A stretch of 64,000 nt of DNA from Salpingoeca rosetta (GCA_033442325.1 JAWQFM010000021.1:1210555-1274554); one strand, 5' to 3'. Shown: positions 1-29,514, counted from the first letter of the stretch. Numbers and translations are program-made. Notes: generated by a model not told the origin, from the letters alone.

Positions 1-35
1 TGGCAGTGAGAGAGAGAGTGTGTGTGTGTGTGTGT

Positions 36-202
36 GAGTGAGTGAGTGAGTGAGTGAGTGAGTGAGTGAGTGAGTGAGTGAGTGAGTGAGTGAGTGAGTG
101 AGTGAGTGAGTGAGTGAGTGAGTGAGTGAGTGAGTGAGTGAGTGAGTGAGTGAGTGAGTGAGTGAGTGTGTGTGTGTGTGCGTGAGTGAGTGAGTGAGTG
201 AG
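36..202. repeat. (GAGT)n tetranucleotide microsatellite in an SMC3 intron
   Basis: Long tandem gagt run, with a short (GT)n interruption, read directly. Confidence 0.95.
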
Positions 203-277
203 TGTGTGTGTGTGTGGGTGTGTCGGCAGTATACATCGAGCACAGGCCAGCCACCCCATCCCACCTCACCACCTCAC

Positions 278-2172
<1,895 letters not shown>

Positions 2173-3076
2173 CTTTGACGGTTACAATTGGAAATGAGCT
2201 GCTGAGTGAGCAACGCAACGCGCGCCCTTGATGCCGCTGAGCACACCGAGGCGAGTGTGTGGTGTTGGAAACCCGCTGTTGTTGCTGCCGCTGCCCCCGC
2301 TTCAGATACGTTGTTTGAAATCAGCCAGCAGAGACACGTTGATGCGATGCAAGTGTGAGTGCAGGTGGCCTTCTTGTCACATCCACCACACATCACACAC
2401 GCTGAAGCCACAAGGCTTTGCCACCACCAACTTTTGCTCTCCACTCAACCTCCACCTCGACCTCCACCCTTCCGCCACCCTTCCGCCACACACACACACA
2501 CACGCAACACACAGTCCACAGCACACACCGCCGTTTCGCGCCACAACCACAACCACAACCATCCAGCAGACAGTTGCGCACGACGGACTTGTCCTCACCA
2601 GTGTTGTTGTTGTGGCGGCAAATTCGCTTTGTGGTTTGTGGTGCCCGCCAAATCGCGCCCTTGTCACTTTTGACAGCTGCTGTTCAGGACACCACAAGTT
2701 GCACTGAAAGTGCCACCGGGTGTGAAAACCACACGCTTTATTCTCATAAGAAAATCATTTGAAGCTGTGCATGGTTTGGCGAAGCTTTGGGCCCTGCATT
2801 GTATACCCTCCTGCCCTTATTCAAAACCTCACCTGTCGCATCGCATCCTCTCCTCTTCACCACCCACCCCAATCACAAGAACAACAACAGCAACAGCCAC
2901 TCCTGTCGCGTTCCACACCTCAATCCTGAGCCCGCCACCACCACCACCACCTCCACCAGCACACACGTTGCTGGCTTTCGTGTGTTTGAGGTCTGAAGCA
3001 GCGCTGCCTCAGGTTGCAGCGTCGTCCGGGCGCCAAGCCAAGCCGCCATTCCTCCTGTGTCATCACACCTGCAACA

Positions 3077-4031
3077 ATGACAAGACTTGTGCCAGTGATT
3101 GTTGCGCTTGTTGTGGCCGTGATTGCGGCCGCAGCTGTCAACGACGTCCGCGCCGCTGAGAGTGAGTTCGTTACAGTCCACCATCAAACTATCACGCGTG
3201 CGCTGGTTCTGGCGGAGATGTGGTGATGACGGAGAGTGGTGGTGCCGTGTACAGAGTAGAAGGTGTGCGTTGTGTTGCACGCCAGCTGTGTGTGTGCGTG
3301 TGTGTCAGTGTGCCAGTTTGTCAATGTGTGTCTTGATGATACAGCAGGATGCCACAGCCGATGGTGGCGGCGCTTGTGATTGAGTGTGTTGTCGTTCACT
3401 CACGTACTCGGCTTGCGGGTGTACGCACGCGCAATTTCACAGCTACGGTGGGTCCAACAACCACGACGACAACAACCACCGTTACAACCCTCCCGCCCTG
3501 CGTGGCTGACCAGTACGAGAGCAACGACGACTTTGAGTCGGCGGCTGTCTTGCCGCCAAACACGCTCGAAGTCAACGCAACCGTGTGTTCCAACGAGTAT
3601 GACCTGTTTCAGGTGCCCACGTGCCGCAACGGCGACATCAAGGTTGTATACACAGCCAACGTCGCCTACGGCACCGTGACACTGGCCCTGTTCAACTCGC
3701 TCAAGGTGGCCATCGACGGTGGCACCGTCACTGGCACCAGCGCCACCATCTCTGGCAGCGCTGGCCCACACGATGACTTCTTCATCGGCGTCGCTGCAGA
3801 GGCAAGCAGTGGCGCCACATACACGCTCTCCATCGCCATCACCTGCCCCACCGTTTCAACTACACAAGCTCCAGCAACCACGACAAGCACTGCGGAGAGC
3901 CTCTGTGCCACTCGCGGCTGCGGCAGCGTGGACCTCAACGCAGATTGCCAGTGCGATCCCGACTGTTTCAACTTTGGGGACTGCTGCTCCGGTGCGTACG
4001 CGAGCATGTGTGGGAGAGCGATTTTGAGTGT

Positions 4032-4076
<45 letters not shown>

Positions 4077-5682
4077 GATACGTACGCATGTGTCGTTGCA
4101 CGCGCGCGCAAGTGCTCGTGAAACTTCGTGTATGTAGCTCCACGTCTGTGAACATGCTCTTTTGCTGCTTTGTCGACTCTGCCACTTTCTTTTGTCCCTC
4201 AGCACTTCCAACCACGTGCACTCGCCCTCAATCTGATGCGGTTCTCTTTGTTTGTTCGTGTGTCTTCTTTACAGACTTTGCGACGTTGTGCGCCACAACT
4301 CAGGCGCCCACCACCACCACAACAACGGAAGCCCCAGTGTCCACGGCTGCACCCGCAACGCTGACGGGTGCCACACCGCCCGCAACAACGACAACGGACA
4401 ACACGGACGCCACCACCTGCGCTGTTCGAGGCTGCAGTGACATCAACCTCAACCAGAACTGCCAATGTGATCCAAGTTGCTATTCGTTTGGCGACTGCTG
4501 CGCTGGTAAGTCAGTGTCTTGCTTTCGGTGTTGGGTGATTCAAGAGGAGGCCGCTTTGCGCTGTCTGATTTTGCTTGCTGAACAAATTGGCCGGCCATAC
4601 AAGCTGTGTGTGCGTGCGTGCGTGCGTGTGCGTGCGTGCGTGTGCGTGCGTGTATGCGCAACCTGAAACTAGCTGGCTCATCAAACCTTTCAACGTGTAT
4701 GTCATGGCTTGTGGTGTAATTTGTGTGTATGGCTGTACATGTGCGTGTCACAGACTTTGCTGCGGTGTGCGAATCGTCCACCACCGCTCCTGCATCCACG
4801 ATCGCCGCGACGACCACCTCCAGCGGAAGTGGAAGTGGAACCATGACTATGCAGCCCAGCACTACCACTACCACCACAACAACCACCACAACCACAACCA
4901 CGACCACGACCACAACGACTATCATGACCACAACCACGACCACCACCACAACCACAACCACAACCACGACCACGACCACAACCACAACCACAACCACAAC
5001 CACAACCACAACCACAACCACAACCACAACCACAACCACAACCACGACCACAACCACAACCACGACCACAACCACCAGCACTACGACCACGACCACGACA
5101 ACTACCACAACCACCACTACTACGACGACCACCACGACAGCAACAACCGCTACTGCATACAACGATCTCGAAACAAGTGTTGTCCGAATTAACTGCGGTG
5201 GCGGCTCGTTTGTCGACGAGCTTGGCCAAGTGTGGGCTGCAGACACTGGGTTCTCTGGCACGTCATTTGTGTTCAGCGTGGACGAAGAGATTACGGGCTT
5301 CAGGGCAGCGGGGCTGCAGGAGCTGTACAGGACCCATCGCTACACGAAGAAACCGTTTGACCTCACGTATCAGATTGCCGTGCCGGCCGCTGGTGGCTAC
5401 GAACTTACGCTGTACTTTGCGGAGACATTTTACGACACTGCAGGCACCCGCTTGTTTGACGTTGTGGTGGACGGCACTGTAGTCGCATCCGCGGTCTCGT
5501 CCCCCGATGACGGGCAGGGCAGGTACTCTGCATCTGTTGTCACTACCACATTTGAAGCAGCAGCAGCGAAGACCCTCGTGATCTCGTTTAACCAGATCAA
5601 CAAGCAGCCATTCATTTCCGGTATCGAGCTGACAAGCAATCCAGCAGGGACAACAACAACTACCTCCACCACCACCACCACC

Positions 5683-5770
<88 letters not shown>

Positions 5771-5868
5771 CGACGACGACGACGACGACAAGTACGACGA
5801 CAACAACAACAAGTACGACGACGACAACAACAAGTACGACGACAACAACAACGACGACGACGACGACG

Positions 5869-5938
<70 letters not shown>

Positions 5939-8790
5939 CGACGACGACAACAAGTACGACGACAAGCTCTGGGTCTGGCTCAGGCACACTTTCGTTCAGC
6001 CCAACCACAACCACAACCACCACTTCGACGACAACCACAACCACAACCACAACCACAACCACCACTTCGACGACAACCACAACCACAACCACAACCACGA
6101 CCACGACCACTACCACCACAACCACAACCACAACCACAACCACAACCACAACCACAACCACAACCACAACCACAACCACAACCACGACCACTACCACCAC
6201 TTCGNNNNNNNNNNNNNNNNNNNNNNNNNNNNNNNNNNNNNNNNNNNNNNNNNNNNNNNNNNNNNNNNNNNNNNNNNNNNNNNNNNNNNNNNNNNNNNNN
6301 NNNNCCACAACCACGACCACTACAACAACCACAACCACGACCACAACCACGACCACTACAACAACCACAACCACGACCACTACCACCATAACCACATCCA
6401 CAACCACAATCACCACAACCACATCCACAACCACAACCACCACTTCGACGACAACGACAACCACAACCACAACCACAACCACAACCACAACCACGACAAC
6501 TACAACAACCACCACCACCACCACCACTACCACCACCTCGACAGCCACCACCACAACCACAACCACGACAACTTCCACCACCACAACCACGACCACAACA
6601 ACAAGCACCGCGTCAACAAGCTCTGGCTCTGGCTCAGGCACATTGTCTTTCAGCCCAACAACGACGACAACGACCACCACTACCACCACCACAACGACAA
6701 CAACCACATTCACGACGACAACAACGACAACAACAACAACAACAACAACAAGTACGACGACAACGACAACAACAAGTACGACGACAACAACAAGTACGAC
6801 GACGACGACAACAACGACAACAACAACAAGTACGACGACAACGACAACAACAAGTACGATAACAACGACGACAACAACAACGACGACAACAACAAGTACG
6901 ACAACAACAACGACGACGACGACGACGACAACAACAACAACAACGACGATGACGATGACGACGACAACAACAACAACGACGACGATGACGATGACGACGA
7001 CAACCACCACAACCACCACCCCCACCACAACCACAACCACTACCTCCACCACAACCTCCACCACAACATCAACAACATCTTCTGGGTCTGGGTCTGGCAC
7101 CATTACCTTCACGCCCTTCACCACGACCACGACTACGACCACGACGGCCACAACAACCACCACTTCAACAACAAGCACGTCATCTGGGTCCGGGTCAGGC
7201 ACGATTACGCTGACACCATTTACGACGACAACCACGACGACGACGACCACCACGACGACGTCACCTAGTTGTTTGGATGACGCGTTTGAGAACAACGACA
7301 GCCTGGAGACGGCGTCGTTGCTCTCTGGCCCCAACGGCACGCTAAGCGCCACCATCTGCTCACTTGACGCCGACTTTTACAGCATCTTCCTGTGTGCCAA
7401 CGGCAACCTATCTGTGCACCTGTACTTTGACCATGGGCAGGGCGACCTTGATTTGCAACTGCGCAACCTGGACGACGAGTGGGTGGCGCTGTCGGAGTCG
7501 TCCAACGACAACGAGCACTTTATGTACATGGAGCCCAACGGCGTCCCTGCATTCCACTACATCCGCGTGTACGGGTTTGATGAGGCAGAGGCCAGCTACA
7601 CGATGCAGTACCACCTCGAGTGCCCCGTTACAACCACAACGACGACAACAACAACAACGACCACGACAACCACAACCACGACGACAACGACCACCACCAC
7701 GGACAGCATGGTTCGCTGCTCCCCGAGCATCCCTGCTCTGCCATTTGGTGCAACGGCAGATTGCAAGGGCGTTGATCACGGTGATACCTGTGTGGCGGAG
7801 TGTGCGAATGGACTTGTGGAGACGGGCAACCCCGCATACGAATGCCGCGATGGGGAGTGGGTTGGTGGCTGTCGCTTTACGTGCACGAGCTGGATGCCAC
7901 ATGAGGACAACATCTACTTGTATTCTCGCCGCGTCAACGCGGCCCGGCTCCCGTACAGCAAAGCTGCGCAGGTGTGCCAAACGCTCGGCGCCACGCTGGC
8001 GACCATTGATGACGAGGATGAGAACGCGTTCATCTTTGGCCTGAACCCACGCACGGAATCGCTGCGGTGGATTGGCCTCCGCCGTGACGATGTGGACAAC
8101 AGCACCTTCACCTGGGTTGATGAGCAGGAGCGCAGCTTCGTCTCGTGGCAGGAGAACCAGCCCATGGATGCAGCAAGCAACCGGGATTGCGTGCAGATGG
8201 GTCACCCGACAGGCACCGTGGCTGGTGGCTGGTCTGTGAGCCGGTGCAGCATGAAGCGCCACTACGTGTGCAAGGCACCCGTGCCCGAGGTCGGTGACTG
8301 CGATGTTCCACCCGTCACCATCCCCGATGAGACCACGACGACAGCGACCACCACCACCACCACAACGGCTGCAACCACGACGCTCGAGCAAGGCACAACT
8401 GACTCCAACACCACCGCAAACCCGACAGCCACGACAACCACGACCACGACCACGACGACCACGACAACGCCGCCGCCGTTCTCGATCGTGCTGCGGGTTG
8501 AAGGTGCTGGTGAATGGGAGCAGCGGCATTCGTCGCCGTTTGACGGCCAGCGGTTCGCTGCCGTGTATGATTCGAGCAGGAGCACGCGGGTGGCGCAGCC
8601 GCTCAAGTCGCAGGTGGACTCATACCACACCTTCCTGCAGAGCTGCGCAGAGCTGGTGTACCAACAGGGCGGCGCTGCCATGTACGTGCGCGACGTACCT
8701 GACCGGTACCTCTGCTATTCGCTGACAGAGCCTGGCTTCTCCGTTAACACGGGCGAGACGTCCACCAGCTGGGTGTTCCTGCGCGACTGA
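3077..8790 (+). CDS. Secreted mucin-like mosaic: signal peptide, PPC, 2x somatomedin B, Thr-rich tract, malectin-like, Thr-rich tract, PPC, Sushi-like, C-type lectin, C-terminal domain
   Basis: Exons 3077-3161, 3443-3991, 4275-4505, 4754-8790 (all phase-1 introns; N-gap 6205-6304 inside poly-Thr). Signal [37 protein letters not shown] and [14 protein letters not shown]. Malectin [96 protein letters not shown]. No TM segment seen. Confidence 0.85.
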
Positions 8791-9398
8791 CCGCTCGAGG
8801 ACGAGCAACCGCCTTGTTTCGTTTGACGTACACTGCATGCATGCGATCTTCGAATCACTCGTTCATCTTGACCTTGGACCCAACCGTCTCATCTCGCCTC
8901 TGAATTGCTTTGCGCTTCTGCTGTTTTGTTTCTTCAACTTGCTTCCCACCAGTGCGTGCGTGTTGATCAATGTGCGCATGATGCGCCTGTGCGTGTTTCA
9001 TCCATCACCTGCAACGCAACGTCTTGCGCTTTCTTTCTCTGGGGCGGATGTGCCGGCTTGTGCGCGTTTGCACAAAGCGACAGAGACGATCCTTGTGTGT
9101 GTGTGTGTGTGTGTGTTGTGCAGAGACAGAGCGTGTGCGACGTCTGTGTGCAAGTTGTGGTTGTTAGTGCAGTGTGTGTGTGTGTGTGTTGTGTGCAGCT
9201 GAGAGGAGAAGCGTCCATTCATGTTGTTCAAAAAGGGTGAGTGAGCGGTGTTTATTTGTTTCGTTCCTGATTACAAGACAACTGTGCGTGGATGTCACAC
9301 ATTAGCAATGGGCAGTGGAGAGAAAGACATGAGCATGCAAGATTTGCAGGACACAGGCATGCATAGATATTTAGCATCGACAAATACAGATGCCTGTG

Positions 9399-9542
9399 CT
9401 ATCTCTGTTTGGGCGGGATGATGGTTCCCTCAGGCCACTCCGCAGCTGCATGTGAGCGGGGGAAAGCGAGCGAGAGTGAATGAGTGAGTGAGCGCGTGAG
9501 TGTGTAATTGCGTGAGTGAGCGCGTGAGTGTGTAATTGCGTG

Positions 9543-9585
<43 letters not shown>

Positions 9586-10407
9586 ATGCGTGTGTGTGTG
9601 TGCGTACATGGTACGTGTTGTTCCTTGTTAGCCACTCCCATGCAACCTGTCATGTTGGCACAATTTACCTCTTACCCTCCTCTTCCGAAATGTCACGTCC
9701 AATCTTCTTGCACACGGGCGTATCGGTCTCCGTGCACTGCAGATTGATGACAGTGATTGGTGGAGACGTGAGCAAGCGAGGGCTCACCGCTCGTTGCAGA
9801 GATAAAGTCACACCAACGTACACATGGAGACACACAGACACAGACACACAGACACACAGAGGCAGGCAGACACACGTGCACACACAGAAACAGACAGACA
9901 CACACACACACACACACAGACACACACAGACACACACACACACACACACACACACATTCGCAAGTGCACCCTTCAGCAAGCAAGCATGGACACACACGTG
10001 CAAACAGCGACAATGGCATTCGTTCTTACGTGTCCCACGAGCACAAAGCCGCGCCAGCAGTTGATTGCACAGCGTTTGCACACCCATCTATGCTGCGGGT
10101 CGTCTGGGGTTGGGCAACAAAGGGAGGAGCATCATTAGAGACCACGAACATACGCGAAAAGCCGTACGCATTTATGTGTGTATGTGTGTATGTGTGGCTG
10201 AAAGCACCTAACACAAGTATGGTGTGGAGCGCGTACCTTTGATGAATTGCTTGTAATAACCGTGAAGGCAGTCCTGTGGCGTCACGCACCTGACGGATAG
10301 TACAATCACAATAACAGATGTTAACGCACGTGAGTTGCAGACGCGCAAACACGCACACAGAAATAGAGACACAGGGACACAAACACGCAAGCACAAACAC
10401 TCAGACC

Positions 10408-10464
<57 letters not shown>

Positions 10465-10727
10465 GACACACACAGAGCGCACGTGTGGTCAGCAGTGCGT
10501 ACCAAGGTGTGTCCTCCTCATTGCAGTGCAGCGCAACGCTGAACATATGGATGGTGACACCATCAATGTCAACATCTCGCTCAGATTTGAGGTCAAACAA
10601 GCCCTGCATTCGTTCGTGCATGCAGGCAATTGCGTCGTGCGTAAGCACGTCATACTTCGTTGATTTTGTGTTTGTGTGTGTGTGTGTGTGCGTGTGTGTG
10701 TGTGTGTGTGCGTGTGTGTGTGTGTGC

Positions 10728-10770
<43 letters not shown>

Positions 10771-10817
10771 CGTACGTACGTGTGTGTGTGTGTGTGCGTG
10801 TGTGTGTGTGTGCGTGC

Positions 10818-10865
<48 letters not shown>

Positions 10866-11938
10866 TGTACCAGTGTGGTTGACAGCCCGGAGTGTGTGTC
10901 CCGCTGCTTGCCGTCTGAATACTGGTTTCCAATCTGAGCACAGAGCAAACAGGTGCAAGACATGACCATGTAAGCAAGGGGAAACCATCGTCACCACGCG
11001 GACATGTGACATGTGTATGCTAGGACATACACCAAGACACCTCACCAGCACGAAACACGACCTTCATCATGTCGCGAGGTCTGTATGCGTCGTCGTGCAA
11101 GTGGAGGAATGTGTTTGTGGTGTCGGTCCCAATGTCCTTTGGCGGGCGCTCAATCTGAAGTTTCTTCTCCACAATCCGCTTGTACAACTCGTCGTCCTCC
11201 TGACGGCACCAAGAGCGAGGAAGGGGGCGGTGAAGGGGGGGGGGAGTTACAGAATGCAGCCAGACGAAGGGTGCGAGAAACCAACGCGGTGGAGGGAACA
11301 CAGACATAGACACAGACGCAGACACACAGACAGACAGACACACACACAGACAGACAGACAGACAGACAGACACACACACACACACACACACAGATACAGA
11401 CACAGACACACACAGACACACGTGTACTGACCCTGCCCCACCCCCAGAATCGGGTTGAGAGGCCATCGACGAGGCGGAAGTGTGCCATGCTCATCAGGAG
11501 AATCCCGCTGCCATCGTCATCGCACGCAGTGCATGTGGTCGACGCAATGCAGTGGCGGGGTACGCACGTGTATGCGTATGATTGTATGCGTACGATTGTA
11601 TATGTGTGTGTATGATTGTGTTAATGTACGAGTGCGGTGTGTGCGTGTGGGTGGTGCATGCAGGTGCGCGTGCTTGCCACTCTCAGAACATCATCGTCAG
11701 CAAGTGGTGGCCATCGTCGCGCATGTACTGACACACCCGATGAACGTGTTGTAGTGGTAGTTTGGATGCAGCCACGGTGCGGAGATGTGGCGTGGGGTGG
11801 AGGGAAAGTGGTAATCGAGGTTGTCGTTGAGTGGAAGGAGATCCACGTCATGCAGTGCCATGTAGTCGCAGCCGCGCTCAACCCCCTGATGCCCGCGGCG
11901 GTAAGGTTGGTCATGGCACAGGTGCGGCAGCGTGAGGC

Positions 11939-11996
<58 letters not shown>

Positions 11997-12997
11997 TGTG
12001 AATGTGTGTGCGTGTGTGTATGTGTGTGTGTGCGTGTATGCGTTTGTTTGTTTGAAGAGAAACGGGCGCAGTAATAGCGGCACATGTGCACGAAGCAGGC
12101 GTATAAGGAGATAGACAGACAGATGGGCACACACACACACACAGACACAGATACAGGCAGACACAGACAGACACAGACAGACAGACACACACACACACAC
12201 ACAGACAGACAGACACACACACACACAGACAGACCTTGAGGTGGCCGATGTTGGCGAGGAGCCCGCGGTTGAAGCGGTAGTCGTCCACTTGCTCGACGAC
12301 AATCACCTCAAATGGCACAGACTGGGAGGTGGAGAGAGAACGGGGGACGCGCAGCAAGGAGCGAATGAATCACTGTGACGCACATGTGCACGCACGCACA
12401 GGAGCACACATAGACACACACACACACACATAGACACATACACACAGACACAGACACAGACAGATACAGATACACACAGACACAAACACAGACGCACACG
12501 CCACCTGCTTGTCGAGGAAGGTCTTGATGTGGGGCACAAACTGCTCAAGCTCCTTGCGCGCATTGCGATATGGGATGACGAGCTGAAGGCAGCCAATATG
12601 GCAGGCGCAACAGCAGCAGCAGCAACGACAACAACAAACAACAAACACGAAACAATAAGCAACAAGCAATAGTAACACCCGGCGGGGCATAACACAGCGT
12701 GAGTGGACAGTGGTACGTGTAGGAGCGCGTGGTATTGCACATCTGGCATTGGTGTGGATGGGTATGAGCATTGCATTTACCGCGAGCTTGTGGTCGTTCG
12801 GACTGGGTTGGCTGTTTGCTGCGGCCACTGCATTCCACGGCGGCGGGTTTTGCTGCTGCAGTTTCTCCCGCTTGTCTGTCGTGGGCATATGGTATGTGAG
12901 AACTCATACATGCATGTTGCTGCGCGCTCCAGGTTGAGTGTGGGTGTTCCAATGAGGAAGCCACGCAAAACTAACCCGATTGCATGGAGACAAACAC

Positions 12998-13071
<74 letters not shown>

Positions 13072-14144
13072 GGACAAACAGACACACACACCTTCCGCAA
13101 GCCGCCGTTGGAGCTTCATCAGTCTGAAAGCCGCAGCAGCGGGAAAGTGAAGTACGGTCAAGAAGTGAGTATTGGAAAACAGATATGCAAAAGGCAAACG
13201 CGGGGGACAAGCTCGAGCAAGGGGAAGTGAATACATGGCTGCATTGATGCGCTAACAACTACGACAGCTTGACAGCCATACATACTCTTGCATTTGTGCC
13301 TCAAGCTGCTGATTCTTCTGCTGCGACTGCTGCAGCTGCGACGTGAGGCGCACGACCTCTTCTCCCAGCGACGCTTTCGCCTCCTTCATGACACGAGGGC
13401 GCAAGTGAGTGAAAGTGCGTTTGAAGGTGCGTTTGTGAGTGCGTAAGTGTGTGTATGTGTGTGTATGTGAGTGCGTAAGTGTGTGTATGTGTGTGCAAGA
13501 GAAGGGGCTGTTGAAGTGGGGTGGTTTGTTGGTTACCGTGTTGCTAACGTAGCAGTTAGGAGGCAGCAGGATATGCCAGCCCAATGGATAAGCAAGGGCG
13601 CAAGCGTGCAAGGGCGACAAGTTTACACACTCACCAGTGCTATGTTGAGGTTCTGTGCAGCCATAGTGAGCTCGTCGTCTTTGTCATGGACAGCGAGCTG
13701 CATTTGCTGGGCGCAGTCCGACTTACAGAGAAACATGAGGACACACCAGGCATTGCAGCAAATGCAGCGAGGATGAGTGAGAACAAAAGTGTGCGTGTGC
13801 GCGCGAGTCGGTTTGTGTTTGTGTTGTGTCAAGTCAACACCAGCGGCATTCACACACGTCCAGCGTCTCACATTCACCCTTCAACCAAGGCGCTCCCTGT
13901 GTCCCCGTCCGTCTCACTCCTCGCCTCTCTCATGCACTGTTTGCTTGGACGATGAGCGCACCTTGATGAAGCGGGTGAAGGTGGCCAGGGCGAGCATCGC
14001 GCACAGCAGCACGGCCACCACAACAACGCGTCCCAGCGGCACACGCATCCTCTTCCCTCTCTCTGGTTCTTCTTGTTCGTATTGGACGTGGTGGTGTTTG
14101 CCGAAAATTGGCGAAAGACTTTGGGGAGCCGCTTGTGATGACAT
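9399..14144 (-). CDS. B4GALT7: Beta-1,4-galactosyltransferase 7-like (GT7, xylosylprotein 4-beta-galactosyltransferase); type II membrane protein with coiled-coil stem and Cys-rich C-terminal extension
   Basis: 16 in-phase exons: 13962-14144, 13635-13721, 13286-13383, 13092-13123, 12781-12875, 12505-12582, 12235-12321, 11737-11885, 11432-11507, 11062-11199, 10871-10933, 10503-10603, 10237-10289, 10030-10103, 9676-9736, 9399-9445. Motifs [28 protein letters not shown] (DxD), LHPNYHY..FIGGILL, RFWGWGREDDE, FLHLHD..RPRD, TPWC. N-terminal anchor [17 protein letters not shown]. Confidence 0.92.
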
Positions 14145-14159
14145 TCAAGGCTGAGACAC

Positions 14160-14194
<35 letters not shown>

Positions 14195-14599
14195 CAAACA
14201 CACACACACACACACATTCAGAGCACTGCCTTTGTCCTTGTCGGCGAGTAAATGGTGGTATTGTCTCTCCTTGCACACAGGCTCAACAGCACAGCACGAC
14301 CACACGGACACTCGATGGGCGGAGGGATGGAGGGGAAGCAAGCAGATCTACACCAAACAGCGCCGCCATTAAGTCAGCGGCAACGAAGAAAAAGAAACAA
14401 AACAACAGTGGGGACCAAGAGGGGGGGGGGCGTGTTGTGGGCAATGTGGGGATGGGGCGAGGGAGAGCCACACCAACGAAGGCAGGAGCGAAATTGATGG
14501 TCGTGACAGATTGAATGGAAAGAGATAGAGGGGAGGGGGGTGGAGGGAGGAGGTGCTGAAACCTCCAACAAAGCGACACAGCATCGATCATCATCATCA

Positions 14600-14654
<55 letters not shown>

Positions 14655-14704
14655 GATCGCAACCACCATCATGACGAGCACGGGTTGGTTGGTTGGTTGG
14701 TTGC

Positions 14705-18761
<4,057 letters not shown>

Positions 18762-19555
18762 GATGCCAGCCTGTTTTGCAGACAACACGGGTGTGAGCTT
18801 GCTGATCTCTCCCTGTCACCAAAGCCCACACAAAGCCGCAACCTTTTGCTCTTCCACCATGCCATCCCCCCTTGCCTTCTTCCTCACACCATCCACCATC
18901 CATCCCACTCACCGCGTTCTCCTGCTTGCTCTTTCTTCGTCGTCGTTTGTGTTCGAGTTTTGCCGTGTGCAACGGGCCCAAGCAATGGCGATGACTCACA
19001 ACTCTCTCTGCAACAATACAAAAAAAAAGAAGAAAAGTTGAGGGTAATGCCCAAAAGCAATTTTGACCTTGTCGTTCGTTCACAAAGGCAAAGTTTCCCA
19101 GATCCCTTGCTTGGGAGGTGTCTTTGAAGATATTCGCCAATCGTCCACTTTGGAGGAAGCGCAAACACCGCACAGCAGCACACAGGGCTTGTTCATCTCC
19201 TTTTGCTCCACATATCGCCCACGCTTCCACCCCTTCCCCTGTCTCCATCAACCACAACAAGGTGTGTGGAGGGGCCCATGGCTTGCTCCCTGTGTGCGCT
19301 GTTGTTGGAGAGGCGGAGGCAGAGCTATATTTGGTGGTACTGCACACAGTTGTAGCTCGGCGGCTTGCTTCTCCCTTCCAGAGTGCGCACTCAGCAATAA
19401 ATAAAGCTGCAACCACAATCACATTCTCACAACACACGTCACAACCACAATCACGGTGCTTGCTGTGCTTATCTTGCCCTCACATCTTCGCTCACCACGC
19501 ACGCGCGACAACACCAACACCAAACCACGACGCAACGACAATAGACTGGTCCACC

Positions 19556-23813
<4,258 letters not shown>

Positions 23814-24442
23814 ACGCATCGCCTGCAGCCAGGCCCCACCATCCTCCAAAGAACGCCAACAGCTTACATCTACTTCATGGCACACGCCTGCCGCTTGTGC
23901 TCTCATCAGTTCACATTCCTTCTCTCTCTCTCTCACACACACTGGCTCGTGCCGCCATTCAACCCCCCTCTACACCCACACCACCACCCCCGCCCAACAC
24001 ACCATCCACCCACTCTCTTGTTCGCTGCTGTTGCTATCCACAACAAGTCTTCTGTGTACACGGTTCTCTTCGTTTCAGATCGCTGTTGGTTTGTTGTGTA
24101 TGTGTGTGTGTGTGTGTATCCATTGAAGACAACCAAGCAATGCAGGTCAAAGAGGAAAGGGAAGAGGGGTGGGGTTGGAAGGAGTGCAAGTGCGTGGTCG
24201 TGTTGTCACAGTCACACCACCACCACCCCATCCTGTGCTCGCTCCTGTTCGTGATGATTTTCGTCGTCAGCCAAAGATAGAAACACACAGAAGAGAAAGA
24301 GGAGGAAGAAGACGATTGCTGGAGACAAACAACAACACAGTCAGGCCGTGGTCTCACATCACACTATCACACCAACAACAACTCGGACGCACATACACAC
24401 GCACACACACACGCACACACACACACATACACACGCGCACAC

Positions 24443-29514
<5,072 letters not shown>

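Noticed and set aside
5430-7355. Poly-Val, poly-Leu and poly-Cys ORFs here and at 4449-5261 and 48242-49886
   Set aside because: Reverse-strand readings of ACN poly-Thr codon runs.
3077-8790. Identification as Rosetteless
   Set aside because: Rosetteless has two N-terminal C-type lectin domains; this protein has one near the C-terminus plus SMB, malectin and PPC domains.
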